NCBI GenBank assembly: GCA_965224465.1
Contig: OZ245049.1
Span: 3,510,001-3,542,000, forward strand
Source of the DNA: Flavobacteriaceae bacterium
GTDB taxonomy: Bacteria > Bacteroidota > Bacteroidia > Flavobacteriales > Flavobacteriaceae
Direction of reading: 5' to 3'
DNA: 32,000 bases
Shown here piece after piece: positions 25,462 to 32,000 of this stretch; the stretch's first letter is position 1, and every line of letters begins with the position of its first letter. The translations under genes were made by a program, and so were the position numbers. Under the pieces are notes generated by a model. The model was not told the DNA's origin. It saw only the letters and a list, made by a program, of their open reading frames with translations, and searched no databases.

Positions 25462-26401
25462 TGACAAAAAAAGGGATTTAGTGATGTTTTATTCTTTCTG
25501 TTTAATCCTTTATTGAGGGGTTAATTCCTCGAGACTTTGCCTTAAAATAGAAAATAGTCTTTCAGAAGTATACTTTGGATATTTATGGCGACGCTGTTGA
25601 TTAAAAATAAATTATAATTATTCAATGCCTTGGTGTTGATGTGGATGACAGTCTCTTTTAGGCTGCTATTAAAACAACCTATTTATATCTGTTATTTTGT
25701 ATTGTAATTGCTGTTAAATGCTTCTTTTAAGGGGGAAGGACTCTTCGTGTATATGAGCATGTGTTACGTATTTCGGTCTCGCTAATGCTCTTAACTTCAA
25801 CATTACAGTGTAAAAATCAGGCTGAATTCACCTTGTAATTCTCCGGAATATTACAATAATTTATCTCAATTTTAAAAACATTTCAGGTGTAATTTAGCGA
25901 TGCCTTCGGAAGGTGAATTGCCTGCCGTTGAGGTGCTAAATAGATCTTAATTTCTATCCATACGTATGTCTTTTTAGAAGGCAAAAAAGATCCTACATAG
26001 AAAACATAATTTAGTTGCGTTTTTTTTTCTTTACATCGTAGAAAGTGAACAGTGTAGTATTGGAAGTGAGCTGTTTGTGAAGTAGGGAGCGTGTTTTTGT
26101 ACGCTTTTTATTACGTGTGAGTTTTCAATTTTACGACAGAAATATTATTTAAACCCAATGCTTTTAATGTTGATTTGTTTTTCTCCAATAAAATTATTGA
26201 ATTTTGTTTGAGAAGTGATCCTTGTTTATAGGGTTTATTTGAATTTAAATTTTTGATATTTAGTTCAAATAAGTTTCCTTTTTTACTTGTAAAATATTAG
26301 GGTTAGAAGTGTTGGTAAGTAATAGGTTTTTTGTAAGTTTACATGAGAAATCAGCATACTGTATAGCAAATCAATAGTTTGACTATTTTAAATATTTTTT
26401 T

Positions 26402-26968
26402 ATGGAACCAATTTTAGGACAAATTCAAGCATTTGGATTTAATTTTTCGCCACGAGGTTGGGCAAAATGTGATGGACAATTACTAGCAATCAGTTCTAAT
26501 ACTGCGTTGTTTGCACTTTTAGGGACAACGTTTGGAGGAGACGGAAGAACAACATTTGGTCTTCCCGATTTAAGAGGTAGAAGTATTGTTCATGTTGGAA
26601 CTGGACCAGGGCTTTCTTCTGTCTCTTGGGGAGAAAGAGGAGGGCAAGAAAGAATTAAATTAAATGAAACTCATCTACCTGCTCATTCACATGACTTAAC
26701 AAATGGAGAAGCAAACGTTACTGTGCATACTACCAATAATTCTGAGTCTTTAGCTAGCACTGATGGAGGAGCAAACGGATTAGGAACGGATGGTCAAATG
26801 CCTGAAATTTTTCGTGAAAGCCCAACAACTATTGATTATTTAGCAGGTGTGTCTATTTCAGGTAAAACAAACTCAGTAGGAGGGAGTCAGGCTTTTGACT
26901 CGAGAAATCCATTTTTAGGAGTTAATGTTTGTATTGCTTTACAAGGGTTGTTCCCGTCAAGGAGCTGA
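26402..26968 (+). CDS. Phage tail-collar domain protein (MdpB / microcystin-dependent-protein type)
   Basis: N-terminus GQIQAFGFNFSPRGWAKCDGQLLAISSNTALFALLGTTFGGDGRTTFGLPDLRGR is the hallmark collar-domain motif. No signal peptide. Confidence 0.85.
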   Translation: MEPILGQIQAFGFNFSPRGWAKCDGQLLAISSNTALFALLGTTFGGDGRTTFGLPDLRGRSIVHVGTGPGLSSVSWGERGGQERIKLNETHLPAHSHDLTNGEANVTVHTTNNSESLASTDGGANGLGTDGQMPEIFRESPTTIDYLAGVSISGKTNSVGGSQAFDSRNPFLGVNVCIALQGLFPSRS

Positions 26969-27026
26969 TAGGTAAACTTATAGGTTGTAAAATAATAGCT
27001 ATTCATATAATTGTTAGTTGCCAAAA

Positions 27027-28163
27027 ATGAATATTAAAATTGGAACATTAATTCCCCATTCTAAAAGTTATCCCGCTATGGGGAAAGACTTTGTTAATGG
27101 GTTAAAACTAGGAGTTAAAGACTCAAATATTTCTTGTTCTTTTATAGTAGAAGGAATCGGTTTAGGTGCTGATGAAAAAGTAATTATAGACAAAGCACAA
27201 AAGTTAACGATTCAGGACGATGTAAGTATCATAACGGGCTTACTTGGTCATATAGGTTTAGGAGAACTACAAGAATATGTACAGAACACGGAAGTAGTGT
27301 TACTTTATTCAGATATTGGTGCTACTATTCCTATAAAAACGCAGCGTAATCCTTGGGTCTTTTGCAATTCGTTTGAATTGTATATGTCTGCTCTGTTGTT
27401 TGGTAAATATGCTCCTGAATGGGGGTGTAAGAATATCGCTTTTTTTTCTTCTTATTATGATTCTGGCTACGGTTTGGCAGCTGCTTTGGAGAAAACACTG
27501 TATAAATCAGGAGGGAATTTTTCTGGTCATTTTACCACACCGTTACATCCTCGTATGAATGAATCAGAAATAATGTCCGATTTTATTCGCGAAGTAAAAC
27601 CAGATGCAATTTTTGCTTTTTACAGTGGTATTTATGCCAAAGAAAACACAGAATATTTATCAGAAAATAAATTAATAGAAAAAACGCCGTTTTATGCTAC
27701 AGCTTTTGGATTGGATCATCAAATAGTAAAACGAAATGAAAGTGCTTTTGTAGGAGCAAAATGTATTTCTCCTTGGTTTTTGGAAGAAAACAGAAAATCA
27801 AACGAAGTATTTATAGCGAGTTATAGAAATAAATATGCAAAGCCTCCTTCCGTTTTTGCTATGTTAGGGTATGAAAATGGTTTAATTATCAAAAACGCTT
27901 TAAATAGACTTGAAAGTAATAACGTAACTACTAATACGTTGAAAAATGTTTTTTCTGAGGTAACAATTGAGGGGCCTCGTGGAATCATATCCTTTGACTT
28001 AGAGACATATAGAACTTGTTTTCCGCAGTACCTTTGGGAAATAGAGGATGGAGCTTTTATAAAGAAAGAAAAATTAGAATCACATTTAGATTTGACGAAA
28101 GAAATCCTAAATGACCCCATAAAACAAATTACAGGTTGGAGCAATGCATACCTCTGTAATTAA
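27027..28163 (+). CDS. Type-I periplasmic-binding-protein fold (LivK/AmiC-like) protein lacking a signal peptide
   Basis: Starts directly at MNIKIGTLIPHSKSYPAMGKDFVNGLKLG, the beta-1 strand typical of Leu/Ile/Val-binding-like proteins. 378 aa. Start trimmed from the TTG in the track to ATG 27027. Family assignment is by eye only. Confidence 0.6.
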   Translation: MNIKIGTLIPHSKSYPAMGKDFVNGLKLGVKDSNISCSFIVEGIGLGADEKVIIDKAQKLTIQDDVSIITGLLGHIGLGELQEYVQNTEVVLLYSDIGATIPIKTQRNPWVFCNSFELYMSALLFGKYAPEWGCKNIAFFSSYYDSGYGLAAALEKTLYKSGGNFSGHFTTPLHPRMNESEIMSDFIREVKPDAIFAFYSGIYAKENTEYLSENKLIEKTPFYATAFGLDHQIVKRNESAFVGAKCISPWFLEENRKSNEVFIASYRNKYAKPPSVFAMLGYENGLIIKNALNRLESNNVTTNTLKNVFSEVTIEGPRGIISFDLETYRTCFPQYLWEIEDGAFIKKEKLESHLDLTKEILNDPIKQITGWSNAYLCN

Positions 28164-28194
28164 AATATTTTTTAAACAAATTCTCAAATAGTAT

Positions 28195-31100
28195 ATGAAA
28201 CAATCACTACTTAATTCCCTTTTATTTTTAGTTTTAATTTTAATTGGACAGCAGCAAGTATCTGCTCAAACCTTATCCGCTGGTGATATTGCCTTTATTG
28301 GATATGATACTGACTCCAATGATGGATTTACATTTATTGCGCTTGCTCCTATTCCTGGAGGAGAAGTTATTTATTTCACCGATAAAGGATGGAATGGGAC
28401 AACTTCCTCTTGGTTTAATACTGCTGAAGATAACTTAGAATGGACAGCTCCCGCAGCAGGTATTGCTTGTGGAGGTATTATTAATGTTACAGAAATAGGT
28501 GGAGATATTTTTTCTACTTCCTCTGGGGTAGTTGTTTTATCTCTGGGGTCTGTAAATTGGAGTATGTCTGCTGGTGATCAAATTATTGCTTACCAGTCTG
28601 GAAGTGGAGTATTTCCAGCTTCCCCAACTTTTATAACTGCTATTCATGGTGATTATAATTCTTCAGCTTATGATCCTGCTACAACATGGAGTGATGTAAA
28701 TTCTACTACTGCAACTGCTCAGTCTTCTATTCCACCAGGACTTACTAATGGAGTAAATTGTATTTCTCTTTTTCCTGCGCCTGGGCCAGAATTAGACAAT
28801 AATAAATATACAGGATCTTTAGTTGGTACTGCTGCTGATGTGAGAGCAATGATTCACAATCCTGCAAATTGGTTTGGGACTAATGATATTTCGTTAGGAA
28901 GATTACCTATAATGCCAAACAACTTTAGTGCTTCGATCACTTGTCCTCCACCTCCTTGTACTTCTCCAACAATACCTACTGTTACTTTTTCTCCCGCTAC
29001 AGTTTGTAGTGGTAGTAATGCTACACTTTCTATTTTAGGCACTCTAAATGATGCTACAGCGTGGAAAGTTTATGCTGGTTCTTGTGGTGGTACATTAGTA
29101 GGGACAACTACTGGGACAACAATTTCTGTTTCGCCTGCCTCTGGAGGAACTACTTATTATGTTAGAGGTGAAGGCGGATGTGTTACTCCTAGTTCTTGTG
29201 GCTCTGTTATAGTTACTGTAACTAGCTTGGATGACGCCTCTTTTAGTTACAGTGCTGCTAGTTATTGTGTAGACGGATCAGATCCAACACCTACAATTAC
29301 TGGTTTAGCAGGAGGCGTATTTAGTTCGGGAGCTGGATTAAGTATCAATGCATCAACGGGAACAATCGATGTTTCAGCAAGTACTTCTGGAAGTTACACC
29401 ATTGCTTATACAACATCGGGATCTTGTCCTAATAGCTCAAATACGAGTATTACAATTAATAGCTTGGAGGACGCCTCTTTTAGTTACAATACTGCTAGTT
29501 ATTGTGTAGACGGATCAGATCCAACACCTACAATTACTGGTTTAGCAGGAGGCGTATTTAGTTCGGGAGCTGGATTAAGTATCAATGCATCAACGGGAAC
29601 AATCGATGTTTCAGCAAGTACTTCTGGAAGTTATACCGTTACTTATACTACATCGGGATCTTGTCCTAATAGTTCAAATACGAGTGTTACAATTAATAGC
29701 TTGGATGCTGCTTCTTTTGGTTACAGTACTGCTAGTTATTGTGTAGACGGATCAGATCCAACACCTACAATTACTGGTTTAGCAGGAGGCGTATTTAGTT
29801 CGGGAGCTGGATTAAGTATCAATGCATCAACGGGAACAATCGATGTTTCAGCAAGTACTTCTGGAAGTTACACCATTGCTTATACAACATCGGGATCTTG
29901 TCCTAATAGCTCAAATACGAGTATTACAATTAATAGCTTGGAGGACGCCTCTTTTAGTTACAATACTGCTAGTTATTGTGTAGACGGATCAGATCCAACA
30001 CCTACAATTACGGGTTTAGCAGGAGGCGTATTTAGTTCGGGAGCTGGATTAAGTATCAATGCATCAACGGGAACAATCGATGTTTCAGCAAGCACTTCTG
30101 GAAGTTATACCGTTACTTATACAACATCGGGATCTTGTCCTAATAACTCAAATACGAGTATTACAATTAATAGCTTGGATGACGCCTCTTTTGGTTACAG
30201 TATTGCTAGTTATTGTGTAGACGGATCAGATCCAACACCTACAATTACTGGTTTAGCAGGAGGCGTATTTAGTTCGGGAGCTGGATTAAGTATCAATGCA
30301 TCAACGGGAACAATCGATGTTTCTGCAAGTACTTCTGGAAGTTACACCATTGCTTATACAACATCGGGATCTTGTCCTAATAGTTCAAATACGAGTATTA
30401 CAATTACTAATTTAGAGGACGCTTCTTTTGGTTACAGTACTGCTAGTTATTGTGTAAACGGATCAGATCCAACACCTACAGTTACTGGTTTATCAGGAGG
30501 CGTATTTAGTTCGGGAGCTGGATTAAGTATCAATGCATCAACGGGAACAATCGATGTTTCAGCAAGTACTTCTGGAAGTTACACCATTACTTATACTACA
30601 TCGGGATCTTGTCCTAATAACTCAAATACGAGTATTACAATTAATAGCTTGGATGCTGCTTCTTTTAGTTACAGTACTGCTAGTTATTGTGTAAACGGAT
30701 CAGATCCAACACCTACAATTACTGGTTTAGCAGGAGGCGTATTTAGTTCGGGAACTGGATTAAGTATCAATGCATCAACGGGAACAATTGATGTTTCAGC
30801 AAGCGCTTCTGGAAGTTACACCATTACTTATACAACATCGGGATCTTGTCCTAATAACTCAAATACGAGTATTACAATTAATAGCTTGGAGGACGCCTCT
30901 TTTGGTTACAGTATTGCTAGTTATTGTGTAAACGGATCAGATCCAACACCTACAATTACTGGTTTAGCAGGAGGCGTATTTAGTTCGGGAGCTGGATTAA
31001 GTATCAATGCATTAACGGGAACAATCGATGTTTCAGCAAGTACTTCTGGAAGTTACACCATTACTTATACAACATTGGGATCTTGTCCTAATAGCTCAAA

Positions 31101-32000
31101 TACGAGTATTACAATTACTAATTTTGATGACGCCTCTTTTAGTTACAGTACTGCTAGTTATTGTGTAAACGGATCAGATCCAACACCTACAATTACTGGT
31201 TTAGCAGGAGGCGTATTTAGTTCGGTAGCAGGATTAAGTATCAATGCATCAACGGGAACAATCGATGTTTCTGCAAGTACTTCTGGAAGTTATACCATTA
31301 CTTATACAACATCGGGATCTTGTCCTAATAGTTCAAATACGAGTGTTACAATTACTAATTTAGAAGACGCTTCTTTTAGTTACAGTACTGCTAGTTATTG
31401 TGTAAACGGATCAGATCCAACACCTACAATTACTGGTTTAGCAGGAGGCGTATTTACCTTTTCACCTACTGGATTATCTATCAGCGCTACAGGTGTTATA
31501 GATCTTTCAGCTTCTATAGAAAATACTTATACAGTTACCTATTCAACTACGGGGTCTTGTTCTAGCTCTTCGAATGTTTTAGTAGTTATAGGTGACGTAA
31601 TGCCTCCTGTTCTAGATGTAGTAACTTTACCAAATATTACTGCTGATTGTGAAGTGGCTTCATTAACAGATCCAGTGGTTACCGATAATTGTTCAACTTC
31701 GGTTATTATTAGCAATAACGCTACCTTTCCAATAACGGCTGAAGGAATAACAATTGTCACGTGGACTTTTGACGATGGGAATGGCAATAGTATTTCTGTT
31801 ACTCAAAATGTGATAATAGACGATGTTACAGCTCCAGTGATTCCAACTTTAGCGGACATAACAGGCGAGTGCAGCGCAACAGCAGTAATATCCCCTACAA
31901 CCATAGATGCTTGTTCAGGGACAATTACAGGTACAACTACAGATGCCTTATCGTATAACAACCAAGGAACACATATAATTGTTTGGACTTTTGATGATGG
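28195..32000 (+). CDS. Giant secreted cell-surface repeat protein (adhesin-like), N-terminal 1268 codons; continues past the window end
   Basis: Absent from the ORF track because there is no stop in the window. Hand translation is open from ATG 28195. Signal peptide [26 protein letters not shown], an about 260-aa N-terminal domain, Cys-containing Ig-like modules, ten 79-aa tandem repeats, then HYR-like modules (…[33 protein letters not shown]…[10 protein letters not shown]). Confidence 0.85.
   Translation, partial: [1268 protein letters not shown]
29224..31593 (+). repeat. Ten tandem 237-bp (79-codon) repeats inside the giant surface-protein gene
   Basis: Unit starts fall exactly 237 bp apart: 29224, 29461, 29698, 29935, 30172, 30409, 30646, 30883, 31120, 31357. 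Units 1-9 are near-identical and unit 10 is diverged. Consensus: [16 protein letters not shown](D/N)[62 protein letters not shown]. Confidence 0.95.

Noticed and set aside
17708-26105. Shared 11-mer GGGAGCGTGTT between the island spacer (about 17710) and the 940-bp gap (about 26085), considered as a link between the two regions.
   Set aside because: Exact 11-mer matches are expected by chance many times in 32 kb of biased composition, and the flanks do not align.
1-32000. Scan for tRNA, rRNA, tmRNA-like T-arm motifs (GTTCGAATC-type) and for CRISPR-like regularly spaced direct repeats.
   Set aside because: None found by eye. The only regular repeats are the in-frame 237-bp protein-coding units and the segmental duplications described above. 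A proper tRNAscan/Rfam run would be needed to be certain.

Overview
AT-rich chromosomal window with Bacteroidota (Flavobacteriia-like) features: no Shine-Dalgarno sequences, TAnnTTTG-type -7 boxes, and ftsX-DUF3098-uppP-truB and lolE-rbfA gene order.

There are three parts.

(1) 1-11.9 kb, housekeeping core, mostly minus strand. It holds an 11-subunit-type complex I operon, nuoA-B-C-D-H-I-J-K-L, in which nuoD abuts nuoH and no nuoEFG is present. Just upstream lie korAB (2-oxoglutarate:ferredoxin oxidoreductase), a divergent 2x[4Fe-4S] ferredoxin, and lepA.

(2) 12.0-18.8 kb, an accessory island between lepA and dusB, and the most interesting part.
- Four minus-strand genes encode 59-65 aa peptides. 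One is below the ORF-track cutoff and was found by hand translation.
- All four have a shared 15-16 aa double-glycine-like leader, a Gly/Ala-rich hydrophobic core, and exactly two cysteines.
- They form three cassettes, each followed by a tiny two-TM immunity-like gene. Two cassettes are preceded by a conserved ~165 bp upstream module and the third by a 46 bp piece of it.
- The island also holds two decayed paralogous membrane-protein pseudogenes, a duplicated 3' fragment of a 144-aa gene, a relic canonical GG leader at the duplication junction, and an intact IS1595-family element with a perfect 8-bp target duplication.
- No peptidase/ABC exporter or modification enzyme is present.

(3) 18.9-32 kb.
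- Housekeeping genes: dusB, marC, lolE-like, rbfA, mce, ftsX, DUF3098, uppP, truB.
- A 940-bp gene-free gap.
- A co-directional trio: a phage tail-collar domain protein, a leaderless type-I periplasmic-binding-fold protein, and a giant secreted repeat protein. The repeat protein runs off the window end and carries ten near-identical 237-bp tandem repeats.

No rRNA, tRNA or CRISPR array was seen. All family assignments come from motif recognition by eye; no database search was possible.
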